DNA of 64,000 bases from Deltaproteobacteria bacterium (GTDB taxonomy: Bacteria; Myxococcota_A; Polyangia; Polyangiales; Houyiibacteriaceae). A program made the translations under genes and the position numbers. The notes beneath the pieces were generated by a model. That model saw nothing but the letters and a program-made list of their open reading frames with translations. It was not told the origin of the DNA and ran no database searches. This document shows positions 18,900 to 28,049 of this stretch, in pieces. The DNA lies in contig JAXMNT010000004.1 in assembly GCA_034670305.1 (NCBI GenBank), forward strand, positions 81,182 to 145,181, given 5' to 3'. Position 1 is the stretch's first letter. The number at the start of each line of letters is the position of its first letter.

Positions 18900-21800
18900 A
18901 TGGGCAGGCGGGTCCTCTTTGGCTCCTACGAGCTGCTCGAACGCATCGGCGAGGGCGGCATGGCCGAAGTGTGGCGCGCACGCTCCCGCGGCGTCGCCGG
19001 GTTCGAGAAGACCGTGGTCATCAAGCGGGTGCTCCCGTCGCTCATGGCCCGGCAAGACTTCGCGAGTCTGCTGATCCGCGAAGCCAAGATCGCGGCGCTG
19101 CTCAACCACCCGAACGTGGTCCAGATCTTCGACCTCGGCGAGGAACAAGGCGCGTACTTCATCGCGATGGAGTACGTGCACGGCTGCGACCTCGCGACCG
19201 CCATCTCGCACCAACCAGACGTGCTCGCGGTGGAGGACGGCGCCGGGCTCAACCTCGCGCTGCGGGTCTGGATCGCGGCCGAGGCGGCCAAGGCGCTCGA
19301 CTACGCGCATCGGCGACGCGCCGAGGATGGCCGACCGCTTCAGATCGTGCACCGCGACGTCTCGCCGCAGAACGTGCTGCTTGGCTACGAGGGGCAGATC
19401 AAGGTCGCCGACTTCGGCATCGCGCTCGCCGATCAGCGGGGGCTCGGCCGGGAGGAGAGCCCCGGGGTGCTGCGCGGCAAGTACGCGTACATGTCGCCGG
19501 AACAGGCACGGGCGGAGCCGCTCGATCGGCGCAGCGACGTCTTCGCGCTCGGCATCGTCCTGCACGAGATGCTCGCGGGCAAACGTCTCTTCCGGGGCAA
19601 GTCGCGCAAAGAGACGCTTCGCAACGTCGAGCTGGCGGAGATCCCGCCGATCGATGTGCAGGCGCTCGGCGGGCCCCCGCTGCTCGCCGAGGTCGTCACG
19701 CATGCGCTCGCTCGATCCCGCGACGAACGCTATCCCTCAGCCGGTGCGATGGCCGAGGATCTGTCGCGCGTGCTCGTCGAGATGAGTGCCCACGTCGGCC
19801 CCACCGAGTTGACCGAAGCGCTGCTCAAGATCGCACCGCCGGACGACGCACGGCGGGTGAACAAGATCCGGGTCGATGTGCTGGCCCGTTCCGGCGAGGA
19901 CGCCCACAGCGCGGCCCACATCACGCATGGCGCGACCCCCCGCGTGCCGACCGATCCCACCCGCGCGTTCCCCACGTCGCAACGGATGCGCACCACCGTG
20001 CGTCCGGGGGTGGTGCTGACGCTGCGTGAGCCGGAACCCGCCAACCTAGAAGATCTCCGTCCCTCGAAGATCCCAGCGGACGGCATCCTCCCGGGCAGCT
20101 TGGAATCGATCGAAGTCGCCGCGACCACGTACGGCGGCATGCTGGTGCCCTCCTACGACGGAGTGGTGGAGCTGGTCTTCGGCATTCAGCAGGACCTCGA
20201 GCAAGCGTCGGACGCGGCGGTGCGGTGCGCGCTCGAGCTGCACGCCAAGGGTCACCCCACGTGCGTCCTCCAGGGCGGCGACGTGCGGGTGTTCGAGACC
20301 TCGCCGCCACTCGTCGAGCCGCTCGCCACCACCCACGAGCGCGGCAAGGCGCACCTCGACGACGGCCCGCACATCTGGCTCGACCCCGCGCTGGAACCCG
20401 ACCTCGGATCGCGTTTCGTCGTCGAGCCCGGAACCGGTTGGCCCATGGTCCGCGGCTACCGTCGGCGCAGCGAACGCGAGATGGGCGGGCTGCGCCGCGA
20501 CCCGTTGGTCGGTCGCCGCAGCCTGATGCGCCGCATCGCGAAAGCGCTTGTGGAGGTCGAACGAGGACACGGCCGCGCACTGATGCTCATCGGGGGCCCC
20601 GGCGTCGGCAAGAGCCGGCTGCTCGCCGAAGTCCGCGCGAGCCTCGAACCGGCCGGTGCGCTCTTCGTGGTCACCAATGGCCGAGAGGCGCAGGTCGACA
20701 CCAGCTTCGACGCACTGGCGGTGTTGCTGCGCGACCTCTGCGGAGAAGACGATGCGGGCGAAGGCGAGGCGGGCGCACCCTCCCCCCTCGAACACGCGAT
20801 CGAGCGGCTCAAAGTATTGGGGCTCAGCCCCCGAGAGGTCGGCCGTGCCAAAGAACTGGCAGGGCTTCCCACCGAAGTCGCAGACCGCGCCGGCCGGCCC
20901 CGCGGGCTCGAGATCGTCGTGCTCTTGCGCAAAGCGCTGCGCGCACTGTCCACCGACCGACCTGTGGTGTTGTGCCTCGAAGACGTGCACTGGATGGACG
21001 ACGGGACCCGCCAGGTCCTTGACCTGCTCCTCGCCGGACTCCGCACCGCGCGCGTTCTCGTCTTGCTCACCGCGCGACCCGGAAACTCGCTTCCCCACCT
21101 GCACGTCGAAACGCTCGCCGTGCACGAGCTCGACCTCGACGCCGGTGCTCGGGTGTTCGCCCACCGGGTCGGTGCGCGCGGGCTCGAAGACGAACTCGCG
21201 CAGCGACTTCACGAGTCGGTGGACGGGAACCCGGGGTGGATCAACGTGCTCGCCGACGGGCTTCGGGAGTCAGGTCGGCTCGAGGTCTGCGGCAGCCTGG
21301 TGCACGGGTTCGGCCGCGGCGAACTTCCGGTGCCCGATCGCATGCACGCGCGCGTGCAAGCCCGCATCGGCGCTCTCGGCGCCAGGGCCCGCGGCCTCGT
21401 TCAGATCACGGCGGCGTTCCCAGAGCCGCTCGACGTCGCCACACTCGCCGCCATCGAAGGGGTGCCGCGCGATGTCGCGGAACCCATCGTCCAGCGGCTC
21501 ATCAGCCGTCGGGTCCTGCGGGCTGCGACCGAAGACCGCGGCGACAAACGCGAGAGCGAGGTGCCCTGGATCCCAAGCGCCGACGCCCCACTGCCCGCGC
21601 GGGTGCGGATCTACGGCGGCGAACTCGTCCGTCGGGCGGTCCTCGAGAGCCTGTCCACCGAACACCAGCAACGCGTTCACGCGAAGATCGCCGACGTGCT
21701 CCGCCGCAGCGGTGCGGCGAACGACGACCGGGTCGAGACCCTCGCGTACCACTCGGCCCGCGCCGGAGACTTCGAGCGCGCTCCGTCCGAACTCGAGCGC

Positions 21801-22901
21801 GCCGCCGAGGTGGCGCTCGCCCGCGGAGAACACGGCACCGCGGCCCGCAGATTTCTCCACGCGTCCGAGCTGCTCCTCGGCGAGATGGACGCGGCGGACC
21901 GCCGGGCCGCCCTCTGCGCCCGGGCGGCCGAAGTGGCGCTGGAAGCCGGCGCCACCGCGCTCGCGGCGACCGCGCTCGCGGCCGCACCACCGGTCACCGA
22001 CGAACACCTCGACCTCCGCCTGGGCCTTGCCCACATCGCGGTGCTCACGCGTCGCGAACAGTGGTCGGAAGCCCTCCGCCGGGTGGAAGAACTCTCCCAC
22101 CGGCTCGATCGGAGCGAGGACTCGATCCGTGGGCGCGCCCAAGGCGTCCTGGGCCAGGCTCGGCTTCAGACCGGCGACGTGGCCGGGGCCGTGCTCGCGT
22201 TCCACGAAGCGGTGCGCACCTTCGAGAGCATCGGCGACGGCCAGAACGCGGGGCGCGCGCTCTCGGGTCTCGCGATCGCGCTCGCACGGGCGGGCGAGTC
22301 CGAGCGCGCGGGCGAAACGGGCATGGCGGCACTCGTCAGCGCGGTGCGCCACGGAGGCGCCGAACTTCGATGCAATGCGTTGATGGCCGCCGCGGAGATC
22401 GCGGAAGCCAGTGGCGACGACGCCCTCGCGGCCTCTCGCTGGTGCGACGCCGCCCACGTCGCACACGACGCGGAACTCGAGGTACTTTTCGCTCGGACGG
22501 CGGCTCGCGCCGCCATCGCCTGTGTACACGCGGGTCTCGACAGCGAAGCCGCGGTCTGGGCGGACGACAGCGCGCGGGTGGCCCGCGCCCACGACCTCGA
22601 CGCGGTCGAGAGTGTTGCCGAAGCGGTGCAGGCGACGCTCGCGCTTCAAGCGCACCCCGAGCCGCACTTCGTCAAAGCGCTCGTGCGCTCGGTGGAACAC
22701 CTCGAACAGCTCGGCCGGTTCGGCTCGGCCGCGATGGTTCTTCAGATGCTGGCCCGCGGACACCTGGCCCTCGACGACGTCGGCGCGGCCATCCGCACCC
22801 TGGGCCGCGCCGGCCCGCTCGCCGAAGCCGCCGGTCGGCCCCTCCTGCATGCGCGACTTCGAGCCGAAGCCGAAGCCCTCGCCCGCGGCGAACACACCTA
22901 G
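18900..22901 (+). CDS. Ser/Thr kinase-AAA+ ATPase-TPR multidomain signalling protein
   Basis: Kinase motifs (HRDVSPQN, DFG, YMSPEQ), Walker A GGPGVGKS, Walker B LCLEDVHW, helical repeats at the C-terminus. Confidence 0.9.
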   Translation: MGRRVLFGSYELLERIGEGGMAEVWRARSRGVAGFEKTVVIKRVLPSLMARQDFASLLIREAKIAALLNHPNVVQIFDLGEEQGAYFIAMEYVHGCDLATAISHQPDVLAVEDGAGLNLALRVWIAAEAAKALDYAHRRRAEDGRPLQIVHRDVSPQNVLLGYEGQIKVADFGIALADQRGLGREESPGVLRGKYAYMSPEQARAEPLDRRSDVFALGIVLHEMLAGKRLFRGKSRKETLRNVELAEIPPIDVQALGGPPLLAEVVTHALARSRDERYPSAGAMAEDLSRVLVEMSAHVGPTELTEALLKIAPPDDARRVNKIRVDVLARSGEDAHSAAHITHGATPRVPTDPTRAFPTSQRMRTTVRPGVVLTLREPEPANLEDLRPSKIPADGILPGSLESIEVAATTYGGMLVPSYDGVVELVFGIQQDLEQASDAAVRCALELHAKGHPTCVLQGGDVRVFETSPPLVEPLATTHERGKAHLDDGPHIWLDPALEPDLGSRFVVEPGTGWPMVRGYRRRSEREMGGLRRDPLVGRRSLMRRIAKALVEVERGHGRALMLIGGPGVGKSRLLAEVRASLEPAGALFVVTNGREAQVDTSFDALAVLLRDLCGEDDAGEGEAGAPSPLEHAIERLKVLGLSPREVGRAKELAGLPTEVADRAGRPRGLEIVVLLRKALRALSTDRPVVLCLEDVHWMDDGTRQVLDLLLAGLRTARVLVLLTARPGNSLPHLHVETLAVHELDLDAGARVFAHRVGARGLEDELAQRLHESVDGNPGWINVLADGLRESGRLEVCGSLVHGFGRGELPVPDRMHARVQARIGALGARARGLVQITAAFPEPLDVATLAAIEGVPRDVAEPIVQRLISRRVLRAATEDRGDKRESEVPWIPSADAPLPARVRIYGGELVRRAVLESLSTEHQQRVHAKIADVLRRSGAANDDRVETLAYHSARAGDFERAPSELERAAEVALARGEHGTAARRFLHASELLLGEMDAADRRAALCARAAEVALEAGATALAATALAAAPPVTDEHLDLRLGLAHIAVLTRREQWSEALRRVEELSHRLDRSEDSIRGRAQGVLGQARLQTGDVAGAVLAFHEAVRTFESIGDGQNAGRALSGLAIALARAGESERAGETGMAALVSAVRHGGAELRCNALMAAAEIAEASGDDALAASRWCDAAHVAHDAELEVLFARTAARAAIACVHAGLDSEAAVWADDSARVARAHDLDAVESVAEAVQATLALQAHPEPHFVKALVRSVEHLEQLGRFGSAAMVLQMLARGHLALDDVGAAIRTLGRAGPLAEAAGRPLLHARLRAEAEALARGEHT

Positions 22902-23172
22902 GGCCGCGAGTCTCGCGAAGCGAGCCAGGCCCGTAGTGTTAAGGAGGAAGTTCACCGCGTGAGTGCACCTGCGCAGCCCGCAGGGCGAGCAACTGGTGCA
23001 CTCCAATCGATCCCGAGAGCGCCTCGAGGAGCGCCTGGACGCGCGCAGCCGCCCATCGTCCCAAATGCTTCTTCAGGGCACCCAGTGATGGGCGGCGAGC
23101 ACGTGCAGGTGCGACGGGCGCGAATTAGGGCCGCCAGTCTCGCGAAGCGAGCCAGGCCCGTGGTGTTAAGGA
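22899..23172. repeat. Intergenic element bounded by 47-bp direct repeats (22899-22945 and 23126-23172), with internal hairpins
   Basis: TAGGGCCGC[G/C]AGTCTCGCGAAGCGAGCCAGGCCCGT[A/G]GTGTTAAGGA occurs twice, with 2 mismatches and a 227-bp period. Confidence 0.9.
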
Positions 23173-23182
23173 AGAACGTCGG

Positions 23183-23210
23183 TTGACTCGCGCCTGGTGC
23201 CCGCTAGTCT
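23183..23210 (+). promoter_or_regulatory. Sigma70-like promoter for the S1-domain gene
   Basis: TTGACT-N16-TAGTCT. Confidence 0.45.
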
Positions 23211-23282
23211 CCCCGGCCCTGGCAGCGCGCCGAGTTCGCGATCCCGGCTGAACTGACCAGACCTGCCCCCGTGAGGCACGCG

Positions 23283-25625
23283 ATGACCGAAGAGACGCGA
23301 GACAACCACGACGCCACCGCGTCGACGAGCCCGGCTCCCGAGCCCGCCCCAAGCACCCCCACGCCCGCCGCATCTGCGAACGGGGATGGCGCACCTGCCA
23401 AATCGCCACCGAGCGAAGCGGCCAATGCACCTCCCGCCGCGACCGGTACGACGGACCGCGGCAGCACCGACGCATGGTCGGACACGCCAGCGGACGCCGA
23501 AGGCAACGCCCCCCCCGCGGGTGGAGAGGTGCGTCGACCGAAGCCGCCGCGCCGTCGCAAGGCAGCGCCGCCTCCGAACGCGCCGCCGGCCGGTGGCGAC
23601 GTCGTCCGCGGTGAAGCCGCCGAGTGGTCGGACGCGCCCGCGGATGCGGAAGGCAACGCCCCGCCGCCCGACAGCGGTGACAGCGTGCGCGCGTCGACCA
23701 AGAAGAAGCGCAAGCGCAAGAAGAAGAAAAAGAAGAAGCCGGAGCATCAGCCGACCGGCGACCGCAAGCCGCAGGTCTTCTCGCACCTCTTCGACGGACA
23801 GCCCCGCTCCCACGCGTTCCGCGTCGGCGAAGTCGTGGCCGGCCGCGTGGACCGCGTGTCCGATGGCGCCATCGTCGTCGACCTCTTCGGCAAAGCGCTC
23901 GCGATCGTGGACGTCTACGAGCCGCACGAGATCGAAGCGACCGCCGACCCGGAAGCCACCGAGTCGACATCCGCGGGTGCGGTGGAAGCACCGGCCGCTG
24001 AAGCGACGCCCAATGCGACTGACGCAGCCACACCGGATGCAGCCGCACCGGACGCAGCCGCACCAGCCGCCGCCACACCGGCCGCAGCACCGGATGCAGC
24101 CACACCGGATGCAGCCGCACCAGCCGCCGCAGCAGCCACACCGGCACTCGACCCCGCCGCCGTGGCCGAAGCCGCCGCCAAGGACGCCGCCGCCGAACGC
24201 GCGGCCGCTGAAGAAGCCGACGAAGCGGAAGCCGCCGTCGCGGCCGAAGCCGCGGACGACTCCGACGACGAGTCCGACGACGAGAACACCCCGACCGAAG
24301 CACCGGCTGCGGTCCAGGGTCCACCGCCAGAGCCCCCCGCGGTCGGCGCCATCTTTCGCGGCCGAGTGGGCGCCGTGGCCGAGAGTGGCCACATCGCCAT
24401 CATCAACCGCAACATCGATCGCCACGCCGCCAAGGCTGCGATCGCGGTCTCGCGCGACGCCCGCCAGCGGGTTCAGGGCGTGGTCTTCGGGTTCAACCGC
24501 GGTGGCTTCGACGTCATCGTGGAAGGCATCCGGACCTTCTGTCCCGCGAGCGGCATGAGCCTCGACCCGATCACCGACCCCGAGTCGTTCGTCGGTCAGA
24601 AGCTCGACTTCACCCTCCCGCCCAGCAAGGGCGGACGCAGCATCATCGTCAGCCGACGTGGCGTGCTCGAGCGCGAGATCCGCAAGGCCGCCCGCACTCG
24701 GCTCAAGTCGCTCAAGGTCGGCGAAGTCATCGAAGGCCCGGTCACCGAGATCCGCGACTACGGCCTGCTCGTCGCACTCGGCGACGGACTCGATGGCCTC
24801 GTGCACCAGAGCGAAGCCGCCTGGGGCCGTGGCACCCGCACCTTCGACGTCGCCAAGGTCGGCGACATCGTGAAGGTCGAAGTGCTCAAGGTACAGCCCG
24901 CGACCCGCAAGGATCGCACCGGCCGCGTCTCGCTCTCCATGCGCAAGTGCCTGCCCGACCCCTGGGACGAACATCCCGACAAGGTCGCCGTGGGTTCCGT
25001 GGTCAAGGGCAAGGTCACCCGCACTGCCGAGTTCGGCGCGTTCGTAGAGATCGCCCCGGGCATCGAAGGACTGCTGCACATCACGGAGCTCGGCAACAAA
25101 CTCGCCCACGCCAAGGAAGCTGTGCGCGAGGGCGAAGAGATCGACGTGATGGTCGAGCGGGTCGACCGCGAGCAGCGCCGTCTGAGCCTCTCGAAACTCT
25201 CGAAGTCCGACCTCGAAGCCATCGCCAGCGGCGAGTTCGACCCCACCATCGCGCGCTCCCTCAAGGTCGGCGCGATCGTGACGGTCATCATCGAGCGCGT
25301 GGAACACCACGGCATGCTCGCCCACGTGAAGGGTGTCGTCGGCAAACGCGGCCGCGCGTACATTCCGGGGCGCGAACTCCTCGAGGACGAAGGTCCGAAG
25401 ATGGGTCCGCGCGGACGCAAGCGCGCCAAACCGATCGGAGCCGGCTCCGAGGTTCAGGTGAAGGTCATCGGCACCGACCGCGACGGACAGCTGCGCTGCT
25501 CCATCAAGGGCAAGGTCCGAGACGAAGAGCGGAAGGCCGTGAAGGACTACCGCACCGAGGCCGCCAAACAGGGGGGCTTCGGCACCTTCGGCGACCTGCT
25601 CAAGGCCAAGATCGGCGACGACTGA
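23283..25625 (+). CDS. Ribosomal protein bS1-like protein (about five S1 domains) with long low-complexity inserts
   Basis: FNRGGFDV, GPVTEIRDYG..LDGLVHQSE, GKVTRTAEFGAFVEIAPGIEGLLHITEL; C-terminal GFGTFGDLLK. Confidence 0.85.
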   Translation: MTEETRDNHDATASTSPAPEPAPSTPTPAASANGDGAPAKSPPSEAANAPPAATGTTDRGSTDAWSDTPADAEGNAPPAGGEVRRPKPPRRRKAAPPPNAPPAGGDVVRGEAAEWSDAPADAEGNAPPPDSGDSVRASTKKKRKRKKKKKKKPEHQPTGDRKPQVFSHLFDGQPRSHAFRVGEVVAGRVDRVSDGAIVVDLFGKALAIVDVYEPHEIEATADPEATESTSAGAVEAPAAEATPNATDAATPDAAAPDAAAPAAATPAAAPDAATPDAAAPAAAAATPALDPAAVAEAAAKDAAAERAAAEEADEAEAAVAAEAADDSDDESDDENTPTEAPAAVQGPPPEPPAVGAIFRGRVGAVAESGHIAIINRNIDRHAAKAAIAVSRDARQRVQGVVFGFNRGGFDVIVEGIRTFCPASGMSLDPITDPESFVGQKLDFTLPPSKGGRSIIVSRRGVLEREIRKAARTRLKSLKVGEVIEGPVTEIRDYGLLVALGDGLDGLVHQSEAAWGRGTRTFDVAKVGDIVKVEVLKVQPATRKDRTGRVSLSMRKCLPDPWDEHPDKVAVGSVVKGKVTRTAEFGAFVEIAPGIEGLLHITELGNKLAHAKEAVREGEEIDVMVERVDREQRRLSLSKLSKSDLEAIASGEFDPTIARSLKVGAIVTVIIERVEHHGMLAHVKGVVGKRGRAYIPGRELLEDEGPKMGPRGRKRAKPIGAGSEVQVKVIGTDRDGQLRCSIKGKVRDEERKAVKDYRTEAAKQGGFGTFGDLLKAKIGDD

Positions 25626-25717
25626 CGGTCTTCGGCGTGCGCGCCGAAAGACTGCGCTTCGATCTTGCCGCGGGACGACCGCGGTGTTATCGAAGCACCC
25701 CGCTTTCGAGCGGACCC

Positions 25718-25792
25718 GGGCGATTAACTCAGTGGTAGAGTGCCTTCTTCACACGGAGGAAGTCCGCAGTTCAAATCTGCGATCGCCCACCA
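25718..25792 (+). tRNA. tRNA-Val (CAC)
   Basis: Cloverleaf: acceptor GGGCGAT/ATCGCCC, anticodon arm CCTTC-TTCACAC-GGAGG, T-loop TTCAAAT, encoded CCA. Confidence 0.95.
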
Positions 25793-25795
25793 GAA

Positions 25796-25837
25796 ACGAT
25801 GCCGAAACCGCCCACCGGTTTCGGCATCGTCGTTTGT
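25796..25837 (+). terminator. Hairpin terminator after tRNA-Val
   Basis: Perfect 15-bp stem ACGATGCCGAAACCG/CGGTTTCGGCATCGT, 5-nt loop, followed by CGTTTGT. Confidence 0.7.
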
Positions 25838-25868
25838 GGCACAGACGAACCGAACGTAGGCTTCGCCG

Positions 25869-26642
25869 ATGGGAACCTCGCCGGCGCGAACCAGCCTTGT
25901 CCTCCTCGTGCTCCTCGTCGCGTGCGCGGGGAACGCCGAAGAGACGACCCCGGCCCCCGTCGAGCCGAGCACGGGTGCTGCGGCAGAGTCCGATGCAGCG
26001 TCTGAAGAGGGTGTCGATGCGGTGCTCATCGGCTGTGTGGGGCGTGGCTGCGACGGTCTGGTCGGTGCCCTCGATCAACCGCCCACGCCCCCGCCCCGCG
26101 AGCGGCCGGCCGAGGTCTTGCCCGAGCGGCGCATCCCAGCGGCCACCACGACAACGCGCCCCGCCGGTCTGCAGGCCGCGGCGGCGCTCTACGCCGAACT
26201 CGACACCCAGCCCATCGGCTCGAACGTCGCGGCCGCGACGCTGACCGATGCGGTGGGGCTGCTTCGCGACCAAGTGGCGGAGGCGTCCGTCCTCTTGGCC
26301 CGGCTGAACGCGGCCTGCGACCTCGCCGCGACCCAAGACACCGCGCTCGCGCCCGAGGCGGAAACGCTGAAGGCCGATGGATACGATCTGTTGGCGGGGC
26401 GGCTCACGGACGCCCCCTTCGTGGTGCCGACCGATCTCGAAGGGCGGATCCAGGAGCTCTCCCCTGACGATCAAGCGAACCTTCGGGTCGAAGTCCTCTC
26501 GCGGGTGCGCGAAGTGCTCAGAGTGCAAGCCGCGCCCCTGTTCTGCGACGCCGCCCGCACGTACCGCTCGGCTGGCACACCACGCGCGTCCGAACAGCTG
26601 GGCGCTTACGGAAACGCGCTCTTGCTCCACTGCGGCTTGTGA
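25869..26642 (+). CDS. Hypothetical lipoprotein
   Basis: Lipobox LLVAC; codon usage consistent with coding. Confidence 0.65.
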   Translation: MGTSPARTSLVLLVLLVACAGNAEETTPAPVEPSTGAAAESDAASEEGVDAVLIGCVGRGCDGLVGALDQPPTPPPRERPAEVLPERRIPAATTTTRPAGLQAAAALYAELDTQPIGSNVAAATLTDAVGLLRDQVAEASVLLARLNAACDLAATQDTALAPEAETLKADGYDLLAGRLTDAPFVVPTDLEGRIQELSPDDQANLRVEVLSRVREVLRVQAAPLFCDAARTYRSAGTPRASEQLGAYGNALLLHCGL

Positions 26643-26669
26643 ACGAGGCGACACAGAACGCACTCTTGG

Positions 26670-26781
26670 TCCATCGTCGACCTCGGGGCGGGGGATGAAC
26701 ACACCTGCGCGGTGACCGACGCAGGCGACGTGTACTGGGGGTGAAGGCACGCTCGTGCCTACGCTGGTACCGGGCCTCTAA
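26670..26781 (+). pseudogene. RCC1/BLIP-II repeat gene remnant
   Basis: Reads IVDLGAGDEHTCAVTDAGDVYWG* (26673-26744), then GTLVPTLVPGL* in another frame; no start codon. Confidence 0.6.
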
Positions 26782-26831
26782 CTGGCGGCTGCCCCGCAGC
26801 TGGGTTTGCCGCCGTGGTATGCTGACCCCTG

Positions 26832-28049
26832 GTGGAGAGAACCTGGGGTCACAACGCGTGGGGCGCGCATCTCTCTTGGATGCTGTGCTGTCTCTGCGTC
26901 AGCGCCTGCGCCAGTGACGCTCCGCGACTCGTCGTGGACCTGCGGACCGACTACGTCGCCGGGGTCGAGTTCGACACGGTGCGGGTGCAGCTTGGGGATG
27001 CGTTGGCTTCCCGCACGTTCGGTCTCGGCGACCGGGACCGCAGCGCGCACCGCATCACGGAGTTCCAGGTCGGGTCCGGGGACCACGCGCTCGAGGTGGC
27101 GCTCTTCGCGCCGAACGGCGAGCGGCTGCTGAACCGGCACGTGACGGCGTCCGTGCGCAGCAGCGACGTGTCGATCACCGTCGTGGTCAGCCGCGCGTGC
27201 GAAGACGTCGCGTGCGGCGCCGCCGAGAGCTGCCTGGGCGGCCGCTGTGTCCCGAGGACGTGTTTGCGGGGCGACGAACCGGAGTGCCCGATGCCGCAGT
27301 GCGAGGGCGACAGCGACTGCGACGGCGCCGGGCTCTCGATGTGTGCACGCCCGTTGTGTGAAGCGGGCGTGTGCCTCGTAGGCGGCGCCACCCCGTGCGC
27401 CACGGACGAGTACTGCGACGTCGCCGCGGGCTGCGTCCCGCTCCCCGACTCCGGTGACGCCGGCGCGGCCGACGCAGGCGCGGATGCAGGTGTGGCGGAC
27501 GCGGGTGTGGCGGACGCTGCATCGGATGCCCAGCCGGACGCGCCGGTCGAAGACGCAGGTCCCCTCGGCTGCACACCCGGCGTCGACTGTTCCATCGACT
27601 GCACCGACGTGGACGCGTGGCCGGCGGCGTGGGTCGACCAAGAGAACATCGCGCTCAACGACATGAACGTGCACCGCACCGACGGGGCCGCGTGCGGTGG
27701 AGCCCCAGCCGACCCGGTCCCAGTGCTCACCCTGCCCGACACCCTTCGAGTGGCAGCCCGCTGCCACAGCCAGGACATGGCCGAGAACGAGTTCTTCGGT
27801 CACGCCGGCTCCGACGGCAGCACCTTCCCCGAACGCATGGAAGCGGCCGGCTACCTAGGCGCGGCGGTGGCCGAGAACGTCGGCGCGGCGCGGACGGGGG
27901 GCAGCGCGATGATCGCTGGGTGGATGGAGAGCGAACCGCACTGCCTCAACATCATGCGTGAGATGCCGCGCCAGGTCGGGATCGGTTTCTACCCCCGGGA
28001 CGGTTCGGTATTCGGTTCGTACTGGACCGCGGTGTTCGGGGCCCGATGA
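26832..28049 (+). CDS. Cys-rich lipoprotein with C-terminal CAP (SCP) domain
   Basis: N-terminal LVVDLRTD domain, Cys-rich region, DAG linker, HSQDMAENEFFGH...ENVG...WMESEPHCLNI; start codon uncertain. Confidence 0.85.
   Translation: MERTWGHNAWGAHLSWMLCCLCVSACASDAPRLVVDLRTDYVAGVEFDTVRVQLGDALASRTFGLGDRDRSAHRITEFQVGSGDHALEVALFAPNGERLLNRHVTASVRSSDVSITVVVSRACEDVACGAAESCLGGRCVPRTCLRGDEPECPMPQCEGDSDCDGAGLSMCARPLCEAGVCLVGGATPCATDEYCDVAAGCVPLPDSGDAGAADAGADAGVADAGVADAASDAQPDAPVEDAGPLGCTPGVDCSIDCTDVDAWPAAWVDQENIALNDMNVHRTDGAACGGAPADPVPVLTLPDTLRVAARCHSQDMAENEFFGHAGSDGSTFPERMEAAGYLGAAVAENVGAARTGGSAMIAGWMESEPHCLNIMREMPRQVGIGFYPRDGSVFGSYWTAVFGAR

Noticed and set aside
22899-23172. CRISPR array or integron attC interpretation of the direct repeats
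   Set aside because: Only two copies with a 180-bp spacer and no cas genes. Copy 1 has an AACAC/GTGTT pairing, but R-box consensus and spacer geometry do not fit attC, copy 2 lacks it, and there is no integrase.
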